DNA of 64,000 nucleotides, from positions 214,436 through 278,435 of the IMG/VR virus record IMGVR_UViG_3300044641_009805; one strand, written 5' to 3'. The notes beneath the pieces are model-generated. The model ran no database searches. It was not told the DNA's origin and saw only the letters and a list, made by a program, of their open reading frames with translations. The translations under genes were made by a program, and so were the position numbers. Below are positions 37,212 through 46,233 of this stretch, in pieces. Within the stretch, counting starts at the first letter, position 1, and every line of letters starts with the position of its first letter.

Positions 37212-38456
37212 ATGATAATGGAAGCAAGATTCGATGGAATCGTTCGTAACTATTCAGAAAAAGATGTTGATAGATTAACAGGCACGGTTACGTTACAACA
37301 CACGTTAGCTACGATAGGTGCTAATAAGCTTCGAAAATTAATATGCGAGCAACCTTATGTCTCTGCATTAGGAGCTCTTACAGGTAATCAAGCCGTTCAA
37401 CAGGTAAAAGCAGGGCTCAAAGCCATTTATTTGTCAGGTTGGCAGGTTGCAGCAGATGCCAATCTAGCAGGTGAAATGTATCCGGATCAGAGTCTTTATC
37501 CCGTTAATAGTGTTCCTTCAGTCGTTAGAAGAATTAATAATGCTCTTCAACGTGCCGATCAAATTGATCATGCCGAAGGCAAATCTGGTACAGATTGGTT
37601 CGCTCCAATTGTGGCCGATGCCGAGGCCGGATTTGGCGGTCCTCTTAACGTCTTTGAACTCACGAAAGCAATGATTGAAGCCGGCGCTGCCGGTGTACAT
37701 TTCGAGGATCAGTTAGCATCAGAAAAGAAGTGTGGCCACATGGGTGGTAAGGTTCTGGTTCCTACATCACATTTCATTCGTACGTTAACAGCAGCCCGCC
37801 TCGCTGCAGACGTTATGGGTGTTCCCACGGTGATCATTGCCAGGACAGACGCTGATTCTGCAAATCTTATCACCAGCGATGTTGATCCTTACGATCACGA
37901 TTACATCGAAGCGACGAAAGAAAGAACTCCAGAGGGTTTTCATTATCTGTGTAGAACAGGACTTGAGAGGTCAGTCGCCCGTGGACTAGCGTATGCTCCA
38001 TATGCCGATTTACTTTGGATGGAAACATCGACTCCTGATCTTGATCAAGCAAAACAATTTGCCGAAGCTATTCACGAGAAGTTTCCAGGAAAACCTCTCG
38101 CTTACAACTGTTCACCTTCTTTTAACTGGAAGAAGAATCTGGACGACTCGACTATCGCCAAGTTTCAAAGAGAGCTAGGAGCCATGGGCTATAAGTTTCA
38201 GTTTGTTACCTTGGCAGGATTTCATACCCTCAACCATTCTATGTATCAATTAGCCCATGGATATAAAGATCATGGCATGGCGGCTTATTCAAAACTACAA
38301 CAGGCGGAATTTGATGCAGAAAAAATCGGCTACACGGCCACGAAGCACCAACGAGAGGTTGGGACGGGTTATTTCGATGCTGTGTCTCAGGTTATCTCCG
38401 CCGGCAATTCTTCAACTTTGGCGTTGCATGGTTCTACCGAAGAAGAACAATTTTAA
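37212..38456 (+). CDS. aceA: Isocitrate lyase
   Basis: [40 protein letters not shown] catalytic motif, [24 protein letters not shown]. Confidence 0.96.
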   Translation: MIMEARFDGIVRNYSEKDVDRLTGTVTLQHTLATIGANKLRKLICEQPYVSALGALTGNQAVQQVKAGLKAIYLSGWQVAADANLAGEMYPDQSLYPVNSVPSVVRRINNALQRADQIDHAEGKSGTDWFAPIVADAEAGFGGPLNVFELTKAMIEAGAAGVHFEDQLASEKKCGHMGGKVLVPTSHFIRTLTAARLAADVMGVPTVIIARTDADSANLITSDVDPYDHDYIEATKERTPEGFHYLCRTGLERSVARGLAYAPYADLLWMETSTPDLDQAKQFAEAIHEKFPGKPLAYNCSPSFNWKKNLDDSTIAKFQRELGAMGYKFQFVTLAGFHTLNHSMYQLAHGYKDHGMAAYSKLQQAEFDAEKIGYTATKHQREVGTGYFDAVSQVISAGNSSTLALHGSTEEEQF

Positions 38457-38501
38457 AAAAAATCTCAGTTGAATTTTTATTTATTGTCAGGAGGCGTAGT
38501 T

Positions 38502-38735
38502 ATGCGCGACCTGACACCGAACGAACTAGGTGTTATGTTATTTAATATCAAGGGCGACCTTGAGATTATTGCTGGCACCTTATCTAATTGGAGAATGAAG
38601 GGATTAGGTCAAAATGGCATGGTCCCTCTTTCTGTTATTGCTGCTGAGACAAAAATAAATGCCACGATAACAGAAGTTGAAGATTTAATTCAAATATTAG
38701 CAAAGGTATCTAATAATTTGATTGATAGATATTAG
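38502..38735 (+). CDS. Hypothetical protein
   Basis: AGGAGG SD before ATG 38502. Confidence 0.7.
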   Translation: MRDLTPNELGVMLFNIKGDLEIIAGTLSNWRMKGLGQNGMVPLSVIAAETKINATITEVEDLIQILAKVSNNLIDRY

Positions 38736-38744
38736 TCAAAACTT

Positions 38745-39008
38745 ATGACAAAGAATAAGCTGAAGCGGTTAATTTTCGATTTTATTATGGAATCAAGAGT
38801 AGCCGCTTCGGCTTCTTATATGAAAAAGGAAGAAGTGAGACAGTCTCTTCAAGATTTGATCTCTCAAAAAGTCGCCGCAGGAGAAATATCCGATCAAGAA
38901 TCTCTTGACGAATGGTTTGCAACGGCTGAGATGTCTCTTAAAGCTTTAAAAATGGTTCCGTTGATTGTTTACCAGACGACGTCTACAAAAAAGGTCAAGC
39001 GTCGATGA
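38745..39008 (+). CDS. Hypothetical protein with KLKRLIFDFIME motif
   Basis: ORF; motif variant. Confidence 0.7.
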   Translation: MTKNKLKRLIFDFIMESRVAASASYMKKEEVRQSLQDLISQKVAAGEISDQESLDEWFATAEMSLKALKMVPLIVYQTTSTKKVKRR

Positions 39009-39193
39009 AGATGAGCCTTGTTGAAGGTGTAGATTACACGATAGAAAACAACAAGATGGTTTTTACAAAAGATTTTCTTTTGAGGCGTGGGTATTGTTGC
39101 AATTCTCGTTGTCGAAATTGTCCATACTCTAAAGAGATTCGTTCAGGAGATTCACGAGATGAATCTTCTGTGCAAATCGTCAAAAGTTCATGA
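39005..39193 (+). CDS. Small Cys-rich protein (DUF5522-like)
   Basis: DY.IEN..MVFT..FLLRRGYCCNSRCRNCPY. Confidence 0.7.
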   Translation: MKMSLVEGVDYTIENNKMVFTKDFLLRRGYCCNSRCRNCPYSKEIRSGDSRDESSVQIVKSS

Positions 39194-39199
39194 TACCAT
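39170..39199 (+). promoter_or_regulatory. GTGNAA-N18-TANNNT promoter, leaderless
   Basis: GTGCAA-N18-TACCAT-N6-ATG(39206). Confidence 0.8.
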
Positions 39200-39205
39200 G
39201 TTGGT

Positions 39206-39787
39206 ATGGGTATCGGTAAGATTGAGCTGTCTAAAGCAAATTCCATTGCAAACGCTGTTCTTAGTCACATCATGCCGTCAATCGACCGCGGTGAAATTGC
39301 TGGATCTATTCGCAGGCAAAAAGACGTCGTCGGCGACATTGAGATCGTAGCCATCTCAACGCAACGAGACCGTTTGTTGTCGTTGCTGTCGGATGTCGGC
39401 CAACACATCAAACCTGGAGTTCCTGGTGCGGTTCCTTGGTCTCCAAAAGCCTCCGCAAAGTATCTTCGGGTTCGCTTACAGGAAGGCATGAATCTAGATC
39501 TTTTCATGGCATCACCAGAGAACTGGGGTGGTCTTTTTCTCATGCGAACTGGCTCAGGCGCGGGTCTTGATGGCAATTCCTTCAATGGCTTCACTCCTGG
39601 AATCTTTTCAAGATGGAAGAAGCTCTCTGGTGGTGGCCGCATGACCGACTGCATGCCGACGATGCCGACAGGCGAACAACTATGGATTCCTGAGGAAAAA
39701 GATTTCTTTGATTTGCTTGAAATGAACTTTGTGCCACCGGCAGAAAGAACCGGTCGCCAAGTCATCAAGAAATACATTCGCGGTTGA
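39206..39787 (+). CDS. Minimal DNA polymerase X (catalytic and C-terminal domains only)
   Basis: IAGSIRRQK..VGDIEIV, LDLF, GGLFLMRTGS. Confidence 0.85.
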   Translation: MGIGKIELSKANSIANAVLSHIMPSIDRGEIAGSIRRQKDVVGDIEIVAISTQRDRLLSLLSDVGQHIKPGVPGAVPWSPKASAKYLRVRLQEGMNLDLFMASPENWGGLFLMRTGSGAGLDGNSFNGFTPGIFSRWKKLSGGGRMTDCMPTMPTGEQLWIPEEKDFFDLLEMNFVPPAERTGRQVIKKYIRG

Positions 39788-39819
39788 TTTTGAAGAATTC
39801 TCGAATATTTACTACCGTC

Positions 39820-40563
39820 ATGAAAATAATCATTTTTGATTTAGACGGTACGTTGGCAGAAAGCAAATCACGAATAACATCAGGTATGGCTGATGCCTTT
39901 CGGCGTTTGCTCGCTTCTTACGATGTTGCTGTCATTTCAGGCGGCGCGTGGCCACAATTTGAATCGCAATTAGTTAATCAGCTTGGGTTGACGCCTGAAT
40001 TGTCACATCGTTTGCATTTGTTCCCAACATCGGGTACAAGTTTCTACAATAATCATGACGGAAAAAAGTGGATGCAGGTTTACTGCGAAGACCTTACAGA
40101 CAAAGAAGTAAAAAAGATCATGTCTGCCTTCAAGAAGATCCTGTCAAACCCAGGAGTAAGCATGCCCAAACGATTTTGGGGCGATCAGATCGAAAATCGT
40201 GGAACGCAAATCACATTCTCTGCCATGGGCCAGTTGGCTCCTGTAGCCGAGAAAAAGAAATGGGATCCGAATTTCTTCAAACGTCTCATTCTCATCGATC
40301 AGCTTCGGCAACTCTTGCCAGAATTTGACCTTAGAGCAGGTGGTTCCACTTCCATCGACGTGACAAGAAAAGGAATCGACAAGGCATACGGAATTTCTCA
40401 AATCGAGAAACATCTAGGGTTTTCCAAAGAAGACATGTTGTTCATTGGAGATGCGCTATTCCCGGGAGGAAATGACTATGCGGTGAAAACCACAGGAGTT
40501 CAGTGCATAGAAACCACCGGACCTGAACTCACGGCACAAATTATTGAACAATTGCTTGCATGA
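39820..40563 (+). CDS. Phosphomannomutase-like HAD-IIB phosphatase/mutase
   Basis: FDLDGTL, ISGG, IENRGTQITFS, GGSTSIDV, IDKAY, FIGD..FPGGND. Confidence 0.85.
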   Translation: MKIIIFDLDGTLAESKSRITSGMADAFRRLLASYDVAVISGGAWPQFESQLVNQLGLTPELSHRLHLFPTSGTSFYNNHDGKKWMQVYCEDLTDKEVKKIMSAFKKILSNPGVSMPKRFWGDQIENRGTQITFSAMGQLAPVAEKKKWDPNFFKRLILIDQLRQLLPEFDLRAGGSTSIDVTRKGIDKAYGISQIEKHLGFSKEDMLFIGDALFPGGNDYAVKTTGVQCIETTGPELTAQIIEQLLA

Positions 40564-40564
40564 T

Positions 40565-40572
40565 TATAATTA
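40565..40572 (+). promoter_or_regulatory. TATANTTA box
   Basis: TATAATTA-N19(contains GAGG)-ATG(40592). Confidence 0.5.
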
Positions 40573-40591
40573 ACTACATTCAAGAGGCAAC

Positions 40592-41083
40592 ATGAAGATA
40601 CGTTTGGGCGATCTAAAGAGGATTATTCGTGAAACAGTCGAAAGCGTTGCGACAGCCGGTTCGAACGATTCCAAAACAGCATATAAAGAATTTTTGGCTT
40701 TAGAAAAATCGTTAAGAGGCCCATCTGCTGCACCTCTTGTCGTGCTTTTTTTCAAATTTTTTGGAGGCACTCCTGAAGATCTTCAAGAGATCTATGGTTT
40801 TTCGGGCGGCAACTATGGCAAATTCTTTGCTGCTGTTGAAAAAGACCCTAGCAATCGAAACACAGCACAGCAAATAAGCTCAGTTTTTGAACTTCTTAAA
40901 TTAGGAATGACTGCCGAGCAACTTTCAGCCGACGCTAAAAAGTATGATGAAGGCCGTAAACGTTTTCAGGAAAAATATGAACGTGACCCAATGTACGCCA
41001 GCTCGACGAAGGTAGTTGTAGATCAGATGACAGGTATGCCCGTTTCAAGCGAAGAAGTAGATCAAGGTAGACTAGGTACCTGA
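40592..41083 (+). CDS. Hypothetical protein with MKIRLGDLKRIIRE motif
   Basis: ORF with SD; shared motif. Confidence 0.8.
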   Translation: MKIRLGDLKRIIRETVESVATAGSNDSKTAYKEFLALEKSLRGPSAAPLVVLFFKFFGGTPEDLQEIYGFSGGNYGKFFAAVEKDPSNRNTAQQISSVFELLKLGMTAEQLSADAKKYDEGRKRFQEKYERDPMYASSTKVVVDQMTGMPVSSEEVDQGRLGT

Positions 41084-41089
41084 TCTTTT

Positions 41090-41119
41090 GTGCAATGTTG
41101 TAAAGACTCATGATATGAT
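41090..41119 (+). promoter_or_regulatory. GTGNAA-N18-TANNNT promoter, leaderless
   Basis: GTGCAA-N18-TATGAT-N6-ATG(41126). Confidence 0.8.
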
Positions 41120-41125
41120 GGTCTC

Positions 41126-41953
41126 ATGACCATCCTCTGCATCGACTTTATGAACGTCGCCCATCGTGCTCGCAGCGGATTTACCTCCGGCGAGCACGCT
41201 GTCATTTACAACTTCTTTCGTCAGTTCAGGGCACTCGTCGATCAATTCAAGCCCAACCGCGTTTACCTCGCCCTCGAAGGCAGGCCTGTGCATCGCCATG
41301 AGGCGATGACGGAGTACAAGGCCAATCGAATCGTGGAGGAAAACGACCCACGCCATGAGGACCTCATGAAGTTCTTTCGACAAAAAGACCGCATTGTGGA
41401 ACTCCTCTCCACATACTTCCCTGTCTCTCTCGTTCGACATCCAACTTCGGAGGCCGACGACACGATCTACAACCTGATCCGTACATCATCCACAGCCGTT
41501 CCTTGGATCGTAGTATCGTCGGACACTGACTTCATCCAAGCCCTACAAGAATTCCCGCATATTTCTTTGTATAATCCGGTCAAAAAGATTTTCGTGAATT
41601 CTCCTGACCATCCTTATGTCACCTGGAAGGCTTTGCGAGGCGATTCATCCGACAACATCCCCGGCATCCCTGGCGTCGGTGATAAGACTGCTGAGAAACT
41701 AGCTTGCGATCCTGAACTCTTGTCGGAGTTCTTGTCAGACAAGACGAAGGCGGAGATTTTCCAACGAAATTACAACCTTATTTCTTTTCGAGAATGGAAT
41801 GACGAGGAAAAGATGAAGATGTCATCTTCATCTCCCATTCGAGATTGGGACATCGTAAAAACGACTTTTACTGATATGGGCTTCCATTCTATCACTAAGG
41901 AAGGATCTTGGCAAAAATTCTTAAATACCTTTGAAAGCCTGTGGGGTAGTTGA
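41126..41953 (+). CDS. 5'-3' exonuclease / flap endonuclease
   Basis: IDFMN, YKANR, EADD, SSDTDF, ALRGDSSDNIPGIPGVGDKTA. Confidence 0.93.
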   Translation: MTILCIDFMNVAHRARSGFTSGEHAVIYNFFRQFRALVDQFKPNRVYLALEGRPVHRHEAMTEYKANRIVEENDPRHEDLMKFFRQKDRIVELLSTYFPVSLVRHPTSEADDTIYNLIRTSSTAVPWIVVSSDTDFIQALQEFPHISLYNPVKKIFVNSPDHPYVTWKALRGDSSDNIPGIPGVGDKTAEKLACDPELLSEFLSDKTKAEIFQRNYNLISFREWNDEEKMKMSSSSPIRDWDIVKTTFTDMGFHSITKEGSWQKFLNTFESLWGS

Positions 41954-41966
41954 TACGTATGACTTG

Positions 41967-42254
41967 ATGAAACAATCTCTTGTGATTATTTCTTTTTTCT
42001 TACAGGGCTGTTATTCTCTCGGGTTAATCGAGTTGGATAACAGCCCAACTCGTGTTCATCCTTTGCCTGTCAAAGCTGCCATAAAAGATAGCTCTGTGAG
42101 TGTGTCTATACCTTTGAAGGTACAGAAAAAACCCACTGGCGGATTTAGATCAATAGTAGATTTAAATTTTGATGTTAGGCTCAGCGAGCTGGATGGATTC
42201 GATGTCCCGGTTGTTCCGAACGGAGTGGTTGTCGGTCCAAAAATTCGTTGGTAA
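41967..42254 (+). CDS. Putative lipoprotein
   Basis: MKQSLVIISFFLQGC lipobox-like. Confidence 0.55.
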   Translation: MKQSLVIISFFLQGCYSLGLIELDNSPTRVHPLPVKAAIKDSSVSVSIPLKVQKKPTGGFRSIVDLNFDVRLSELDGFDVPVVPNGVVVGPKIRW

Positions 42255-42507
42255 TTTTTGTGATCCACCCAGTTCCAGTCCATCCAATTTCGCCTTGGGG
42301 ACCTAGTAGCAAGCAAGAGCTATGTTCCCATTCTGGTTGCAATTTTTGTTTGTTTGAGTCATCGAATCGTTGTACTTCGATGATCATTAATATTGATTCT
42401 GGACCTACTTCTGCAACGACAGTAATAGGCGTTTTACCATCCGACCACAGTAACAGTTTCCTTTCTTCTTGAAGATTCGGAACGACCATGTCTCCTACGG
42501 ATAGCAT
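42181..42507 (-). CDS. Outlying member of the xGDxV small beta-barrel family
   Basis: Reads on the minus strand (CAT at 42505-42507): MLSVGDMVV...LLGPQGEIGW. Confidence 0.6.
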   Translation of the reverse strand: MLSVGDMVVPNLQEERKLLLWSDGKTPITVVAEVGPESILMIIEVQRFDDSNKQKLQPEWEHSSCLLLGPQGEIGWTGTGWITKITNEFLDRQPLRSEQPGHRIHPAR

Positions 42508-42579
42508 GTTGATAAAATATTCTTATTTTCTTTTTAGTTCAATTTAATTATGTAAAGTTATTAACGTTGGGAGTCAATT

Positions 42580-43122
42580 ATGCTTTCTACTGAAGGATAC
42601 GATAAATTACTTGAGGAAATAAATGAAGAATTTCCGGACTTTAAGATCTTAAAAAAGTCAGAGTCTACGTTGATGAAAACAATAGGAAAGTTATTGAAGA
42701 TTATATCTTTTGGTAAGATGACAACTTTCATGGATTCTTTTATCACGACGATCGGTACAACAGTGTACGTTCCTGATTCTTGGGATGCTAGATCTGTTTC
42801 ATCAAAAGCTATAACTATGCGTCATGAAAGAGTACACATGCGTCAAGCTCGTGATTTTGGAAGGATCGCATTTTCTTTGCTCTATCTGTTTTTACCTGTA
42901 CCTTTGATCTTTGCATACTTCAGGATGAAGTTTGAAAAAGAGGCATATGAAGAAAGCCTAAAAGCAGCGTATGAATATTATGGGACCAAACTTTTTACTC
43001 AAGCGCTGAAGGATGACATAGTTCAACACTTTACTTCTGCCGAGTACATGTGGATGTGGCCTTGGAAAAAGTCGATAGAAGAATGGTATGACAGCGTGGT
43101 CGAAGGTATTACAAAAAAGTAA
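42580..43122 (+). CDS. HExxH zinc-metallopeptidase-like protein
   Basis: MRHERVHMRQ, FEKEAYE; hydrophobic segment; SD GGGAG. Confidence 0.7.
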   Translation: MLSTEGYDKLLEEINEEFPDFKILKKSESTLMKTIGKLLKIISFGKMTTFMDSFITTIGTTVYVPDSWDARSVSSKAITMRHERVHMRQARDFGRIAFSLLYLFLPVPLIFAYFRMKFEKEAYEESLKAAYEYYGTKLFTQALKDDIVQHFTSAEYMWMWPWKKSIEEWYDSVVEGITKK

Positions 43123-43221
43123 TATCAACAAAAATTCTTTTATGAATTTTTAAATCGACGAGGGGCAAGCGAATAGCTATTAATAAGGCTGGAGCTCAGC
43201 CCCTCCGGCCAGGAGGTCCTG

Positions 43222-43959
43222 ATGAAAACTTTCAGGAACCTATTGCAATTTAGTTTGCTATCATTTGTGGTCGGGTGTTGCGCTGGGGGATCGATACCAT
43301 TAAAACCAGAGCCTGAGCCGCAAGAATTGCCTAAAAATGTCGTAGCAAACGACAGGCAAAAAACCGTGGAATACTTGCTGCATTCCACGGTGGCCTTTGT
43401 CGATAACGCAGGTCCATTCATTATACCAACCTGCGCAGGCGTTTGGATATCAAAAACGTTGATTTTGACTGCAAATCATTGTGTGGACGAAAAACCACCG
43501 AATTTTCAGTACATAGTTCAAGGAGACTTGGCTGACAAAAAGTTGAGAGAAGCTCTCTTGTTAGCCACTGACAAAAAAACTGATCTTGCTCTTCTGATCT
43601 CAAACCCAGAAGATTTGCCTGATCACAGCGTTGCCAAACTGAGTGAAGATCCGATTATGGTAGGCGATCCTATGCATATTGTCGGTCACACCTCTGGTTA
43701 CCCCTGGACTTATTCAAACGGATTCGTGTCTGCTATAAGAGACAGCATGTTCGGTCCGTCGGCATTCGATGTTAAGGTTATCCAAATATCAGCTCCGGTG
43801 TGGATGGGGAACAGCGGCGGCGGAGCCTTTGATTCCAATGGTCAATTAATCGGAATCTGCTCATGGATTTCCAAGAACGGTCCGCAATTGACATTTTTTA
43901 TACACAGAGATGTCGTAAAATCATTCTTACGTCAAGAGTCTTTTAAGAAGATGCCTTAA
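43222..43959 (+). CDS. Trypsin-like serine protease, probable lipoprotein
   Basis: LTANHC, DLALL, GNSGG catalytic triad; FVVGC lipobox. Confidence 0.9.
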   Translation: MKTFRNLLQFSLLSFVVGCCAGGSIPLKPEPEPQELPKNVVANDRQKTVEYLLHSTVAFVDNAGPFIIPTCAGVWISKTLILTANHCVDEKPPNFQYIVQGDLADKKLREALLLATDKKTDLALLISNPEDLPDHSVAKLSEDPIMVGDPMHIVGHTSGYPWTYSNGFVSAIRDSMFGPSAFDVKVIQISAPVWMGNSGGGAFDSNGQLIGICSWISKNGPQLTFFIHRDVVKSFLRQESFKKMP

Positions 43960-44242
43960 TGTTTGGCAACTTTTGATGTAGGCTAAAGCTATAAAATTGT
44001 TCCACGGTGTCGTCGAATAGATCGACGACACCATTTTCATTAATTTTCACCACAGTTCCTTCGTGGACTTTGGTCGTCCCGCTCAAGGTTCTCTCAAAGA
44101 ACACCTTTCCCTTGATGGGAACGACGAACTTGCCGTCGACGATTGCGTCAGGCAGCTTTGACAGATCGACTTTCACCTTCTTCTGCCGCGGCGCTCTTTT
44201 CTCTGTCTTCTCTGGTTGCTCCATCATTTTTCTTTTTATCAT
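43943..44242 (-). CDS. Hypothetical protein
   Basis: 99 aa ORF following glycosylase. Confidence 0.6.
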   Translation of the reverse strand: MIKRKMMEQPEKTEKRAPRQKKVKVDLSKLPDAIVDGKFVVPIKGKVFFERTLSGTTKVHEGTVVKINENGVVDLFDDTVEQFYSFSLHQKLPNIKASS

Positions 44243-44648
44243 GTTTTATTCTCCAATGCCAATATTTTGTCAGAGCGTGGTCCTTTGGTGCCACGTCGCC
44301 CATGTCGTTCTTGCAGAAGATCTCCCAGGCTCTTGACCCATACTCTCCTATGCCTGGAAGACTTCGCACATCTTGCCATTCTTCAAGGTAACTAGAAGCT
44401 AGTTTCTTTAGCAAAGAAGACCTTCTATTTTTAAATCCCAAAGGATAGATCACTGACTGTAGATCTGCCTCGGTTGCAGCCACAATTGAAGCAGCATCCG
44501 GCCACCTCATGAAAAATTCTGGCAAAATTTTTTCTACTTGCTTCCTAGACGTACAATTCAACATGACACAAGAAACCAATATTTTCCATTTATCTGGCCA
44601 TAGATCTTCTTGTATTAAGCCGAAAGGACTCCTCGGCGGCAAAAACAT
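44148..44648 (-). CDS. MBD4-like HhH-GPD DNA glycosylase
   Basis: LIQE..W..LVSCVMLNCTS, PLG..RR, LPGIGEYG, PKDHALTKY. Confidence 0.85.
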   Translation of the reverse strand: MFLPPRSPFGLIQEDLWPDKWKILVSCVMLNCTSRKQVEKILPEFFMRWPDAASIVAATEADLQSVIYPLGFKNRRSSLLKKLASSYLEEWQDVRSLPGIGEYGSRAWEIFCKNDMGDVAPKDHALTKYWHWRIKHDKKKNDGATREDREKSAAAEEGESRSVKAA

Positions 44649-44687
44649 AAGATTTATGTATCTTCATTGCCACCAAGTGTTCAATGT

Positions 44688-44716
44688 TTGAACAATCAAA
44701 GTTTTTACAATAAATT
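44688..44716 (+). promoter_or_regulatory. Sigma70-like promoter (TTGAAC-17 class), leaderless
   Basis: TTGAAC-N17-TAAATT-N6-ATG(44723). Confidence 0.6.
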
Positions 44717-44722
44717 ATTAGT

Positions 44723-45145
44723 ATGCGTTTTCCAAAAACAATTTCTTTAGTAGTCATTTCAGCTTTTTTCGTAACATCTTGCGTTGATGTTGCGCCTTCT
44801 CCTTCTTCGAGCAGTAAGTGTGCCGATGACAAATGTCTGTCTCCACAAGAGGAACCTCCACCTTCGTCTACAGATGACAGCACATCAATTGCAGCTGAAG
44901 AATGTTTGTGGTGCCTCGGGGCGGCTTCAGAAGTATGCCTCGATGAGAATGAAGATTGCCTCTCGTCAATGAGTTGTAAAGCCTGGAAAGATTGCACGGA
45001 ATCTTGCGTGGTCAGCGATGCCGGAGAAAATTGTTACAATACTTGTGATGAGTCTATCCAAACGCTTTTCACGCCGAGCAAAGTAAAAACTTGCAATTGT
45101 GACATTTGTTACGCACAATGTTTTAACATGTGTCCTCAGCAGTAG
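44723..45145 (+). CDS. Cys-rich lipoprotein
   Basis: FFVTSC lipobox; dense CxxC/CxxxC repeats. Confidence 0.8.
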   Translation: MRFPKTISLVVISAFFVTSCVDVAPSPSSSSKCADDKCLSPQEEPPPSSTDDSTSIAAEECLWCLGAASEVCLDENEDCLSSMSCKAWKDCTESCVVSDAGENCYNTCDESIQTLFTPSKVKTCNCDICYAQCFNMCPQQ

Positions 45146-45153
45146 TATACTTA
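45146..45153 (+). promoter_or_regulatory. TATANTTA box
   Basis: TATACTTA-N5-ATG(45159). Confidence 0.5.
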
Positions 45154-45158
45154 GTAAT

Positions 45159-46031
45159 ATGCTATTAGCCATAGCATATCTCCTTTCTGGAGAGATGTTG
45201 TCGAACCGCCAGTCGACAAATGTCTCTCCAGGTTTTTTTAGTGGAATTTGGTGGTCGTATGAGGCAATTTCATACGACTTGGTTCCATTGCTCGTCTCTG
45301 ATTCAGGATGCCCTGAAGACATGCTTCCTGTTTCAGGAGCCATGTTGGATGATGGTGGATTAGGAAGTTGGAACAACAACTCTATCGAGTCTCTACAGAA
45401 GACCACATGCACGAAGTGGATAGAGAGGAAGTACCCCGAACGTTGCGCGTCTTTTGATCGTGATAAATGGCTTGAAGTATCGAACCGCTTTCCTCGCAAA
45501 CCGATGTCGTTCTGCATTGATAAGTACGAATGGCCCAACAAGAAGGGTGCATACCCATGGGTCATGATCACGTGGGGCGAATCTCAAAAGTTATGTGAAT
45601 CCGTCGGTAAACGTCTATGTGCCGAGGATGAATGGACCTTTGCCTGCGAAGGTGAGGAGGCCACTCCTTTCCCTTACGGTTATACACGTAATTCTCAAGA
45701 ATGTAACTTGGACAATCCATGGAAGAGATATTCACAAAAATTCCTGTCCCGGCGTGGGTCACAAGAATGTTCACGAGAGTTGAAGCGATTGTGGCAGGGA
45801 CGTCGCAGCGGGTCTGCACCTCAATGTGCCTCTTCTTTCGGCATCGAGGACATGAATGGGTCTGTAGATGAATGGACTGTCGGAACGATAAAGAGTCAGT
45901 ATCCTTACTCTTCAGTTCTCAAAGGAGGGTATTGGGGGACTGTTAGAACTAGATGTCGTCCCGCCACTCGCAATCATGGTCCCGGTCACACCTTTTATCA
46001 ACAAGGATTCAGGTGTTGCAAAGATTTGTGA
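45159..46031 (+). CDS. FGE/SUMF1 (formylglycine-generating enzyme family) domain protein
   Basis: CPEDM, FCIDKYE, KRLCAEDEWTFACEG, FPYG, DMNGSVDEW, KGGYW, GFRCC. Confidence 0.88.
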   Translation: MLLAIAYLLSGEMLSNRQSTNVSPGFFSGIWWSYEAISYDLVPLLVSDSGCPEDMLPVSGAMLDDGGLGSWNNNSIESLQKTTCTKWIERKYPERCASFDRDKWLEVSNRFPRKPMSFCIDKYEWPNKKGAYPWVMITWGESQKLCESVGKRLCAEDEWTFACEGEEATPFPYGYTRNSQECNLDNPWKRYSQKFLSRRGSQECSRELKRLWQGRRSGSAPQCASSFGIEDMNGSVDEWTVGTIKSQYPYSSVLKGGYWGTVRTRCRPATRNHGPGHTFYQQGFRCCKDL

Positions 46032-46043
46032 TATATAGATCAC

Positions 46044-46232
46044 GTGAAGTTAGTTGCGTCTATAAAAGAAGTAATTGCTCTCGATGAAGAGTTATCCGTA
46101 GGATGTCTTGTCAAATCTTCTGCAGACGAAAACGCAACCGGAATGGTTATTGAGTTTTTATCTGCAGAAGAAATTTTGATTCTTTGGAGCATTCCTCCAA
46201 AAAGAAACTACACGAGTAGAGAGATTTGGTAG
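46044..46232 (+). CDS. Small hypothetical protein (xGxLV-like)
   Basis: LSVGCLVK; GTG start. Confidence 0.45.
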   Translation: MKLVASIKEVIALDEELSVGCLVKSSADENATGMVIEFLSAEEILILWSIPPKRNYTSREIW

Positions 46233-46233
46233 C

